From NCBI GenBank assembly GCA_964016885.1, contig OZ024742.1, positions 286,936,001 to 287,000,000 on the forward strand: DNA of 64,000 bases, in the 5' to 3' direction. The DNA comes from Eledone cirrhosa. Lineage: Eukaryota. The notes below the pieces were generated by a model. The model did no database searches. It saw only the letters and a program-made list of their open reading frames with translations, and was not told where the DNA came from. A program made the position numbers and the translations under genes. Positions 14,937 through 26,309 of this stretch are shown here, piece by piece; the first letter of the stretch is position 1; every line of letters starts with the position of its first letter.

Positions 14937-15721
14937 ACGGGGAGAAAAAGAAGATTAATAGGAAAAAATATATATATATATTTTTTTTTTCCCCTTTTTA
15001 TTTATTTCTCTCTTTTTTCTGAGTTAGAAAATGATTAAAACGAAATATATATATTCATATATATCTATACATATACATATATCCCTCTCTCTATATATAT
15101 ATATACACACACAAAATATAAAACAATCAAATATTTGCTTAATACATTTAATTGCTGACGATCGTTTCTTCCAGACAACTGGATCCATCGGAGCATACAC
15201 AATGTTTAAACAAGTAATTATAATCCTCCGAAAATTCCAGACAGTTGTCTACAAAAAACGTTCGTCAGCAATTAAATATATTAAGCAAAAATTTGATTGT
15301 TTTGTATTTTGTATCTGTAATACATGTGATAATTTACATTGAGCTTTTTCTCTTGCTGGTAATTGGGTAGTGCTTAATACTACCTTTATTTACTACCCAT
15401 ATTTATAATTGTATATAACTCATATATAAGTATAAATAATATTATTAGCATATATATATATATATACATATATCTATATATACACAAATATGAGGTATCA
15501 AAACATATCATATATATATATATATATATATAACGAAGGAAGTATGGTAAGGAACCAGGTGGACCATAACGCACCAGAGTGGGTAATAGGCAAATAGTCA
15601 GGGGTTCTGCGAAGAAATACCAATGAGAATAAGCAGACTACTGATGACGGACTTTTCCTGTTTCTCGGTCTATTTTTATTCATATGTTCATATTCGCAAC
15701 AACGCAGCACGCCATTTTTCA

Positions 15722-15776
<55 letters not shown>

Positions 15777-15779
<3 letters not shown>

Positions 15780-16203
15780 GGAAAATTTGAACAGGAGCAA
15801 AACAGAGAGGCAGTACAACGAATGTTTATTAATTTCACGCTCTGGAGAGTGGGGTGGTGGTGGGGAACGACGTTTCGGGCATAAGCCCTTCCTCAGGTGA
15901 GAAGTGTGTGGGAACAGAGTTCAAAGGGTGTGTAGGGGAGTGGTGGAGAGACATATAGCGAAAGGAAACGGTGCGAATGAAATTAAAAATAAAAACAAAA
16001 ATAAAGCATGATCAAAATAAAAATAAATGAAATAAAAATAAATATGAAAGCATGATTAAAATAAACTGAAATTAAAAAGGGGTAAAACAGGTGGTGGAAG
16101 GGTGTGGGGTGTGTAGGGGTGGTGGCGGGTGGAGTGGGGAGAGGGAGACGGGGTGTCCGAGCGGGGAGGGCTGGAGGTGGTGTGTGTGTAGGTGTACGTG
16201 TAC

Positions 16204-16236
<33 letters not shown>

Positions 16237-19200
16237 AAAGCAAGGGTTGGGGGAAGAACGGGGTTGCATGTTCAGGAAGAGGTGTGTGTGGGGGGTCGGA
16301 GTGTCTGTGCGTGTGTGGATAGAGGGGTGGGGGGAGAGGAATCAGGAGGCTGAGGGTGTAAATATGTGGTGGAAAGCACGTGTGTATGGGGTTTAAGCGT
16401 GTTGTGGGTGTAGGTGGCGTGTGGGAGAAAAAAAATTTTTTGGGTGTTTGTGTGGGTGAGTTATATAGGTGATTCCGTAAGAGGATGGTTGAAATGTTGG
16501 TAAATTCCTATGATGTTAGTAGATTCTGCGGTGGTCAAGTTCCACATACGAGTATTCCATGAAGAGATGGTCGGAAGAAGAGAGATGTGGGGTGCGCGCG
16601 CAACAGGAAGTGGTCAAGGGGGTGGGAATGCTGTGTGTCTGTTTGTGCTGGGAGGTGGTCAGAGGGCATAGCAGCAATCGGGTGGAATGGTAAAGGGGCG
16701 AGGATGGGTAGGTGTGAAAGTTGGAGTGAGGAGGGTGTGTGTGTGTATTAGTAAAGGTGTTAGTGGGATGAGTGAGTGTGGAGAAAGGGTGTGGGTGGAG
16801 CGGGGAGAGAAGGGTGTGTGTAGTTCGATGGAGGGAGTGTGGTGTACTGGTGTGTGTGTAGTTTGATGAAGGGGGTGTTAGTGGGTGTTAGTATACGGGA
16901 GGTGGGGAAAGGGTTGAATGCGGGTGTGAGTGGGGGTTAGTGGTGGTAGGGTGTGTAGAGTTGGTGGTGTACGAGGATGTGTGGGTACGTGTGCGTGGGG
17001 TTGGGGGTGTTAGTGATGTTAGTTGCGTGTGGGGTGGGTGGTGTAAGTGGGTGCGTGTGTTCGTGTGCTTGGGGTCAGGGGGTGTTAGTGAGGTTAGTTG
17101 CGGGGTGGTGGGATGGAGGTGTGGGGGTGAGGGTTAGTGGTGGTAGTAGGGTGTGTGTTTAGTGTGAGCGCGTGTATGTATGTGCCGGTGGGTGTGTGCG
17201 TGTGATAAGGAGGGGGGAGGAGAAGAAGGGAGGGATGTTAGTATGTTAGTTGGGCAAGGGTGGTCGGATGAGGGGTGGAGTAGAGGTGTTAGTATTGTTA
17301 GTTGTGGGGTGGGCGGTGAAAAGGAGGGGTGTTAGTGGTGTTAGTGGGGGATATGTGTGGGGGGAGGGGGGCGGTCGAAGGCTAAAGGAATAAGGGTGAG
17401 GAGTTCAGGCCGGGGGGAGTGTGGGTCTGTAAGATGAAGATGGTTCTTTGTTCGACTCTAAGGAGATTGGCGGGTGTTCCGTGGCATTGGAGTAGGCCAC
17501 AGACTGTGAGATGGCGTGCGGAAGGTCCAGGGGCACCGAAGTGGTGGGCGATGGGGGAACTACCACCGAGACGAATATCCCGGAGGTGCTCAGTGAATCG
17601 GTCCGCCAGGCGACGTCCAGTCTGTCCGACGTAAGTCGCGCTGCACTCCGTGCAGCGAAGTCCGTAGACTAGGTTGGAGGAGGTGCAGCGGAAGGCATGC
17701 CGGACAGAGAGAGAGTGGCCGTTGGGACCCTGGAAGGTGGTGGTGTTGGTGATGTGGGGACAGGTGTTGCAGCGGGGCCTAGAACAGGGAAAGGAACCGT
17801 GGGGGGGGGAGCTGTGGACGAGGAGGGTGCGGAGATTGCGTGCGCGTTTGAAGGAGGGGAGTGGTGGGGTTGGGAAGATGTGGGAGGTGGAGGGGTCGGA
17901 CTGGAGGCGGCGGATGGTGCGGTGGAGGGGTAAGGTGGAGGGGTCGGACTGGAGGCGGCGGATGGTGCGGTGGAGGGGTAAGGTGGAGGAGTCGGACTGG
18001 AGGCGGCGGATGGTGCGGTGGAGGGGTAAGGTGGAGGGGTGGTAGGTGATGGGGTAGGGGAGACGGTGGGTAGGTGTGCGGTGGCGTGGGGTGAGGGTGG
18101 TGGAGCGGTGGACAGCACGGGCGCGGGTGAGAGCGGTGTGGACAAGAGAGGGGGGTAACCTCTGCGGATGAAATGGCTGACTAGGGAAAGAGCCTGGGAC
18201 TCGAAGTCAGCATCTCGGCTACAGAGGCGGTGGTCCTGAGGAGTTGGGAGTAGGGAATGGAGTGTTTAGTGTGGGTGGGGTGGGAAGAGGTGAAGTCGAG
18301 GTAAGAGTGGGAGTCGGTGGGTTTGAAGAAGGCGGAGGTGACGAGGGAGTGGTGGGAGGGGTCGAAGGCGACGGAGATGTCTAAGAAGTGGACGTGGGTG
18401 GTGGAGATAGAGGTGGTGAAGTGGAGGGAGGGGTGGAAGTAGATGGTGGGGGTGCGGGGGCAGAAGAAGGAGAGAAAGTAGTCGAGCTGTTCTCGGGTGA
18501 GGGTTGTGGCTCCGATACAGTCGTCGATGTAACGACCGTACAGTTCGGGCGTGGGGCCGGTGTACTGGGCAAAGATTTGGGCCTCAACATGGCCAACAAA
18601 AAGGTTGGCATAGTTTGGGCCCATTCTTGTACCCATGGCTACCCCCGTTGTTGTTGGTAAAACTCACCCGAGAAGGAGAAACAATTCAGGGTGAGGACCA
18701 GCTCGGCGAGGCGAAGGAAGGTGGGGGTGGAGGGAATGGGGCAGGGGCGAAGGTCGAGGTAGTGTTTGAGGGCGCGTAGGCCGTCGGCGTGGGGGATGAC
18801 GGTATAGAGGGACTTGATGTCTAGGGTGAAGAGGAAGGGCTGTGGGTCGGGTGGGTAGGTGAAGGAGTCGAAAAGGCACAGGGCGTGGTTGGTGTCGGAG
18901 ATGTGGGAGGGGAGGGTGGTGACAAGGGGGGCGAGGATGGAGTCGAGAAAGGCGGAGATGAGTTCGGTGGGGCAGTTGCAAGCGGAGACGATGGGGCGGC
19001 CGGGGTTGTCGGGTTTGTGGAGTTTGGGGAGGAAGTAGATGGTGGGGGTGAGGGGGGTGCGGACGATGAGGTGGGAAGCGGTGGGGGGAGGAGGGAGGAG
19101 GCGATAAGGTCTTGGATGGTGGAGGAGACTTGTTGTTGGTAGAGGGCGGTGGGATCGGAGGGTAGAGGGCGGTAGAAGAGGGGGTTACAGAGCTGTCTGA

Positions 19201-19761
19201 GGGCTTCGGCCGTGTAGAGGTCCGCGCGCCACACCACCACGGCGCCTCCCTTGTCCGCCGGTTTGATGACGATGTCATCTCGGCTACGGAGGGAGCGGAG
19301 AGCGAGGAGTTCGCCCCGTGAGATATTGTACCGTTTGGAACGGTGGCGGAAGTCGAAACGATTTACTGCGCTACCGCTGGCATCGACGAACGCGTCCAGG
19401 GTGCTAAATTGCCCTGGGGCCGGCGTCCAAGAAGATGGTCGTCGGCCCAGGGCGAGAAACGGGTCTGGGGCGTCCGGAGCCGGTGGCGTTCGGCCGAAAT
19501 GTGCCTGTAGCTTCGTGCGTCGCACGAATCGCTCGACTTCCGTTCGGGTGCGAAACTCGTCGCTGTGCGGAGTGTGGGGTATGAAGCGAAGGCCTCTACT
19601 AAGGAGTGAGCGCTCAGGTGCGGAGAGGGGGAGGTCAGGGGGTATGGTGACAACAAGTGGTGGGGTTTGGGTGTGTGGGGGGAAGGGAGGGTGTGGTGAG
19701 GGGTGAGGTGGAGGGTGGAGATTGGGTAGGGGTGTGGGTCGAGGAAGGGGTGGAGAGTGGT

Positions 19762-19762
<1 letters not shown>
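15777..19762 (-). mobile_element. Penelope-like retroelement, Neptune-like (RT, Cys linker, GIY-YIG), frameshifted
   Basis: Motifs DIVIKPADKGGAVVVW, MGTRMGPNYANLFVG, RYIDDCIG, CSRPRCNTC and CTSSNLVYGLRCTECSATYVGQTGRRLADRFTEH. Stop near 17382. Both ends abut (TA)n. Confidence 0.92.
15864..15898 (-). ncRNA. Minimal PLE-type hammerhead ribozyme
   Basis: ac-CTGAGGA-agggc ttat gccc-GAAA-cGTC-gt. The very short stems I and III are typical of minimal HHRs in PLE pLTRs. Confidence 0.65.
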
Positions 19763-19793
<31 letters not shown>

Positions 19794-20024
19794 GAAACAC
19801 ACAGATACATGCGGACACACACATATATACATGAATGCATCCGCACCCAACTGTGAGTTAAGGGTGCCAACTTCACCGATGTTGCTCAATGAATGACTGG
19901 GACAGACCAATTCAGTTTGAACTAGACTGAACCAGTATCAGAGTTAAAAATACATTATGAAGAGAGAAGAAACATTTAGATATAATTAGTAATAAAATGT
20001 ATCATACCTAAACTGTTCCTAAAT

Positions 20025-20112
20025 TCCTCGACTACGTAGTTTCGTGGCATAAACAAAAACAATATATCGAAGATATAGAGTCCTTGCGAGGTCTGCCGAC
20101 TTATCAAGAGGA
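20025..20112 (-). ncRNA. Type I hammerhead ribozyme (U3-A8); identical copies at 20616-20703, 21207-21294, 21798-21885
   Basis: tcctc-TTGATAA-gt(c)ggca...tgccac-GAAA-ctacgtag-TC-gagga. Confidence 0.8.
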
Positions 20113-22379
20113 TACCTCATTTTACTAGTCTCAAGAACGCGTCTACACGACGTGAGAAAGAATCCCAAAAGGCGGAGGGGGAGATAGTCACGCGATATAA
20201 CGGTCGAGAAACAGAGCTAAGCCTCTTATAACCACGAAGAAAATACCACGGAGGCGGAGGGGGTATTCATATCGAGGCCGCAGAAGAGGTAGTGAAGAAG
20301 GCGAGAAGTATGAGTAATGGAAGCTTTCCAGTTGTCCCCACACTTCAAAGATTGCTCGACCAGAGGGAGTTATTAATATATTTAGAAACACACAGATACA
20401 TGCGGACACACACATATATACATGAATGCATCCGCACCCAACTGTGAGTTAAGGGTGCCAACTTCACCGATGTTGCTCAATGAATGACTGGGACAGACCA
20501 ATTCAGTTTGAACTAGACTGAACCAGTATCAGAGTTAAAAATACATTATGAAGAGAGAAGAAACATTTAGATATAATTAGTAATAAAATGTATCATACCT
20601 AAACTGTTCCTAAATTCCTCGACTACGTAGTTTCGTGGCATAAACAAAAACAATATATCGAAGATATAGAGTCCTTGCGAGGTCTGCCGACTTATCAAGA
20701 GGATACCTCATTTTACTAGTCTCAAGAACGCGTCTACACGACGTGAGAAAGAATCCCAAAAGGCGGAGGGGGAGATAGTCACGCGATATAACGGTCGAGA
20801 AACAGAGCTAAGCCTCTTATAACCACGAAGAAAATACCACGGAGGCGGAGGGGGTATTCATATCGAGGCCGCAGAAGAGGTAGTGAAGAAGGCGAGAAGT
20901 ATGAGTAATGGAAGCTTTCCAGTTGTCCCCACACTTCAAAGATTGCTCGACCAGAGGGAGTTATTAATATATTTAGAAACACACAGATACATGCGGACAC
21001 ACACATATATACATGAATGCATCCGCACCCAACTGTGAGTTAAGGGTGCCAACTTCACCGATGTTGCTCAATGAATGACTGGGACAGACCAATTCAGTTT
21101 GAACTAGACTGAACCAGTATCAGAGTTAAAAATACATTATGAAGAGAGAAGAAACATTTAGATATAATTAGTAATAAAATGTATCATACCTAAACTGTTC
21201 CTAAATTCCTCGACTACGTAGTTTCGTGGCATAAACAAAAACAATATATCGAAGATATAGAGTCCTTGCGAGGTCTGCCGACTTATCAAGAGGATACCTC
21301 ATTTTACTAGTCTCAAGAACGCGTCTACACGACGTGAGAAAGAATCCCAAAAGGCGGAGGGGGAGATAGTCACGCGATATAACGGTCGAGAAACAGAGCT
21401 AAGCCTCTTATAACCACGAAGAAAATACCACGGAGGCGGAGGGGGTATTCATATCGAGGCCGCAGAAGAGGTAGTGAAGAAGGCGAGAAGTATGAGTAAT
21501 GGAAGCTTTCCAGTTGTCCCCACACTTCAAAGATTGCTCGACCAGAGGGAGTTATTAATATATTTAGAAACACACAGATACATGCGGACACACACATATA
21601 TACATGAATGCATCCGCACCCAACTGTGAGTTAAGGGTGCCAACTTCACCGATGTTGCTCAATGAATGACTGGGACAGACCAATTCAGTTTGAACTAGAC
21701 TGAACCAGTATCAGAGTTAAAAATACATTATGAAGAGAGAAGAAACATTTAGATATAATTAGTAATAAAATGTATCATACCTAAACTGTTCCTAAATTCC
21801 TCGACTACGTAGTTTCGTGGCATAAACAAAAACAATATATCGAAGATATAGAGTCCTTGCGAGGTCTGCCGACTTATCAAGAGGATACCTCATTTTACTA
21901 GTCTCAAGAACGCGTCTACACGACGTGAGAAAGAATCCCAAAAGGCGGAGGGGGAGATAGTCACGCGATATAACGGTCGAGAAACAGAGCTAAGCCTCTT
22001 ATAACCACGAAGAAAATACCACGGAGGCGGAGGGGGTATTCATATCGAGGCCGCAGAAGAGGTAGTGAAGAAGGCGAGAAGTATGAGTAATGGAAGCTTT
22101 CCATTTCTAAATATATTAATAACTCCCTCTGGTCGAGCAATCTTTGAAGTGTGGGGACAACTGGAAAGCTTCCATTACTCATACTTCTCGCCTTCTTCAC
22201 TACCTCTTCTGCGGCCTCGATATGAATACCCCCTCCGCCTCCGTGGTATTTTCTTCGTGGTTATAAGAGGCTTAGCTCTGTTTCTCGACCGTTATATCGC
22301 GTGACTATCTCCCCCTCCGCCTTTTGGGATTCTTTCTCACGTCGTGTAGACGCGTTCTTGAGACTAGTAAAATGAGGTA

Positions 22380-22467
22380 TCCTCTTGATAAGTCGGCAGA
22401 CCTCGCAAGGACTCTATATCTTCGATATATTGTTTTTGTTTATGCCACGAAACTACGTAGTCGAGGA
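22380..22467 (+). ncRNA. Type I hammerhead ribozyme (U3-A8), inverted copy
   Basis: Same motif readable directly on the + strand. Predicted cleavage after GUC at 22462. Confidence 0.8.
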
Positions 22468-22607
22468 ATTTAGGAACAGTTTAGGTATGATACATTTTAT
22501 TACTAATTATATCTAAATGTTTCTTCTCTCTTCATAATGTATATATATATATATATATATATACAATGATATTAAATAAATGGAAACTATATTTATAAAA
22601 CCATATT

Positions 22608-22670
22608 TATTTTATTATATATATTTCAAGGGTACCAAAAGACTTTGGTACGCTTTCTTCAGATAAAATA
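22608..22670 (-). ncRNA. Type I hammerhead ribozyme in a separate AT-rich foldback island
   Basis: tattttat-CTGAAGA-aagcgtaccaaa..tttggtaccctt-GAAA-tatata-TA-ataaaata. Confidence 0.72.
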
Positions 22671-22859
22671 CAAAGTTTGTTTTATAAATAGAGACATACC
22701 CAGGAAAATCATACCTTATCAGTTGGATAGTCTCTGGATAGTATTTATTCTCTTTGTATTATATTCTCTTTGAAATATATATAATAAAATAAATATAGTT
22801 TTATAAATATAGTTTCCAAGTTTATAAATATAACTTCCAACAACTTTGCATAACTTCCA

Positions 22860-23310
22860 ACAATGCATGAAGACCATCATCAATAACCAAAGAACAGCTG
22901 AGGAGAAATGGGCCATTGAGAAAATCCTTTTTAAAGTACACCTCAGGCTTAGACCCCGTGCTATCCACCCACAACAAAAATCAAACTCCCATCTCAACAT
23001 TACGGCATAATTATTTCGCCTCAATTGCCCCCCCCCCCCCCCCCCCCACACACACACTCTCTTTAACATTACACCAAAACACATTAAAACAGAAACAGAT
23101 CCCATAAAATTCAAAAAGTCTTTGGACAGATTCCTCCAAGAAATTCCGGATAAACCTCCTACACCCGGATATGTTTCCGTAAACAATAACTTTCTACTTG
23201 AGTGGGCCATGGTGTCCAAATCCTGATTTGAAAGACTTCGCCAGGTGATGCTATTAAGTTAGACATGGCCTGGGCTAATACTGTTCGAAACCTATCAAAG
23301 TTATCGAAGT
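22860..23310 (+). mobile_element. Internally deleted copy of the CR1/L2-group LINE
   Basis: 22860-22925 matches ~27365-27427, then jumps to sequence matching 28861-29208. Confidence 0.75.
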
Positions 23311-23870
23311 ATTTATATATATATATACACACACATCTCCACCAACATCAAAACATCTTGGCAGATATTTGTAGACACTGTCACAAACATCTGTGCAAAA
23401 CACACCATACTATATGTATGTATATGTGTGTGTGTGTGTGTGTGTGTAACATATATTTATATATATACATACATATATACATAGACACACACACATACTT
23501 GTTTCGAGTGATGTCTCGACTCAGTGACAGGTGAGCTTCTATCAACTTGGTCAACAACCTACAGTAAATTAAAACATAAATGGCCCTCCGTAGATTTCGA
23601 CGATGAGTGCTCCAGTTTCTTCTCGCTCAACGATACGGTCTACCTTGTGAAATTAACATGCTAGTAGTACAGACACGTGTACTATTAACGTCATTCTTAG
23701 CGAAATTTAACATGAGACACTTTGTGAAAAGGTCTGCTCGAAAAATTAGCGTGTATGTGGCTGAGTATTCCATATATACGTGTACTTTTAACATAATTCT
23801 CAGGGAGATTCAGTGTGATAGTATATGAAAAATGTTTAACGTATAATTTTATAACGCATAACTCATAAAT

Positions 23871-24040
23871 TTCTTCTTCTTTGCCCACTTATTCCTGAGA
23901 GGGTCGTGGGGGCAGAGTCCTCAAACACTCCTTCCAGCAGGTCCTGTCAGAAGCAACCATTTACAACTGATCCGGGTGGATCCCCAAGTGAGACCAGCCA
24001 AGCTCATGGATGTTATCTTGCTCGGGGTCTACCCCTGAGT
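23871..24040 (-). mobile_element. 3' end of RTE/Expander-like LINE
   Basis: RGRPRAR..DNIHELGWSHLGIHP...DRTCWKECLRTLPPRPS followed by a (GAA)n tail. A second copy lies on the + strand at ~47645-47815. Confidence 0.65.
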
Positions 24041-24379
24041 CTTCTGCCGTATAAAATAGCTGAATATTCCACAGATCTGTGCACCCATAACATAATTCGG
24101 GAGTAGATTGAGTGTGACACAGTGTAACAAGAAGACTGACCTTTTGTATTATACGCTCAGACGACAAGATGGGCTTCCAAACAGCTTCCGTCTACCCAAT
24201 TTCGCTCACAGAGTTTGGGTCAACCTGAGTTATGTCAACTTCTTAACCACTCAGCCATAACTGTATCCACCAATGTAGTTGGGATAATGAAATACTTCTA
24301 CCACAGTCTTTCAGTCCTCTCACCTACCCGACAACATACATCAACCGTCATAACGCTTGTCCAAGCTATCATGTAGTAT

Positions 24380-24545
24380 GTGAAGACTTCTGGTGTCCTT
24401 GGCCCTTGGACCACCACATCGGCACAGCGTTGGCTACCCGCAGGTGTGAGCCCCACCAGCTGGAATGGCTCTTCCAGCGCGTCTCCCTCACCATCATTCA
24501 GGGCAACTCTTTCTCAATTCTGTCCGCCGGGCGACCAGCACGTGG
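24380..24545 (+). mobile_element. C-terminal fragment of a CRE-type (restriction-like endonuclease) non-LTR retrotransposon
   Basis: TSGVLGP...IGTALATRRCEPHQLEWLFQRVSLTIIQGNSFSIL resembles the CRE C-terminal FQRLSxAIQRGNAxSIL motif. Confidence 0.55.
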
Positions 24546-24983
24546 GCCCCCATTTGCTTATAATAGTGAGAGAAGGGGAGAGCGAGACTTACGGAGGATA
24601 TGACTATACCGGCATTGCTTAAGTATTTTATAGAGTTAAAGCTTGAGTGAGTTTTTCATGTCTATTTTAAGAGAAAACAGCATTGAGGAGGTTATTTAAG
24701 CTGACATGAAAGGAATAAACTATGATAAAATATTATACCACATGGACAAGAAATATCAAACCTTTTTGATACCCAACCATCAACCGTCATGACTCTTGTC
24801 CAAGTTGTCATGTACTATAATGGTCAAGATGTCACACAGTGGAATCGAACCAGGCAATCTCAAGTTTGTGACGAGAAGTTGTTAACCATTCGGCCACGCT
24901 TGAATCTGCAGATGTCAGTTTTGTTTAGAAATATTTGACAGATATCCCTATGAGGTGTGTATGTGTGTGTGTATACATATATA

Positions 24984-25033
<50 letters not shown>

Positions 25034-25164
25034 GTGTATATGTATATATATATATATATGTATATATACATGTGTATGTGTATATATATATGTATGTATA
25101 TATACATGTGTATATGTATATATATATGTATGTATATATACATGTGTATATGTGTATATATATG

Positions 25165-25209
<45 letters not shown>

Positions 25210-25218
25210 GTGTATATG

Positions 25219-25249
<31 letters not shown>

Positions 25250-25344
25250 GTGTATGTGTATATATATATGTATGTATATATACATGTGTATATGTATATA
25301 TATATGTATGTATATATACATGTGTATATGTGTATATATATATG

Positions 25345-25387
<43 letters not shown>

Positions 25388-25466
25388 TTGTTTCAACCTG
25401 TCTCTCATCTCTGTGACATGTGAACTTCTGTTAACCTAGAGCAACAACCTATAGTGTAGTTATACT

Positions 25467-25499
<33 letters not shown>

Positions 25500-25739
25500 C
25501 ACAGACACAGGCAGACTGACATACATACACACACAGATAGGCACAAAACAAACAGTCAGACAGATAAACATGCATACATAGACACACACACACAGATACA
25601 CAAATACACACACATACATACACACACATACATACACACACACACATACCCATTCAAACATACACACAGACGCACACACATAGTCACACATATATATATA
25701 TACGCACACATACATATACATACATACAGACGTACATAG

Positions 25740-25796
<57 letters not shown>

Positions 25797-25952
25797 AACA
25801 CATACATACATTCATACATACACATATATATATGTACACAAGCACACACATACACGTATTCAACAGCTCGCGTCTCGTTCAAGTCACCCTATCTACGACA
25901 ATTGTATTCGTGTACAGAAGGGAGACCCACCATGTCTGGCACGTGTTCTCTG

Positions 25953-25996
<44 letters not shown>

Positions 25997-26003
25997 GGGG
26001 GGG

Positions 26004-26074
<71 letters not shown>

Positions 26075-26309
26075 TTTTTAACTCTACCTTTTAATTTGAT
26101 ATATATATGATTCAACTTGTGTATATATTCTTCTATAGAATATGTATTTGGTATATATATACAATATACAATATATTCTAGCCAACTACCATTCTAGCCG
26201 TCACCCAAAACCACCCTCTACTACCACCCCACTGCACAAACTCCCATTGCTGCCATTAACAAATACCCCCCCCCCCCAAACAATTAAAATCAGCCATCAC
26301 TCTACCCTC

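Larger units (their letters stand above)
19787..22541 (-). mobile_element. 591-bp tandem array (~3.9 units) plus inverted ~0.74 unit; retrozyme-like non-autonomous element
   Basis: Exact 591 periodicity (identical ORFs end at 20188, 20779, 21370, 21961). Inversion junction at ~22103. One HHR per unit. (TA)n on both sides. Confidence 0.85.

Noticed and set aside
15636-15670. CTGATGA cores at ~15641, 15155, 8552, 3024 and 39716
   Set aside because: No matching stem II-GAAA-stem III-NUH could be assembled. At best these are truncated or degenerate.
18821-19876. ORF fusing the 591-bp unit through (TA)n to the PLE RT
   Set aside because: TA tracts are stop-free, so the fusion is probably chance. 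The PLE is frameshifted downstream and its own terminus differs from the 591-bp unit.
20188-20415. 75-aa ORF repeated in each 591-bp unit; possible endless circular ORF (591 is divisible by 3)
   Set aside because: No recognisable motif, and the frames I checked contain stops. Conservation is explained by unit identity.
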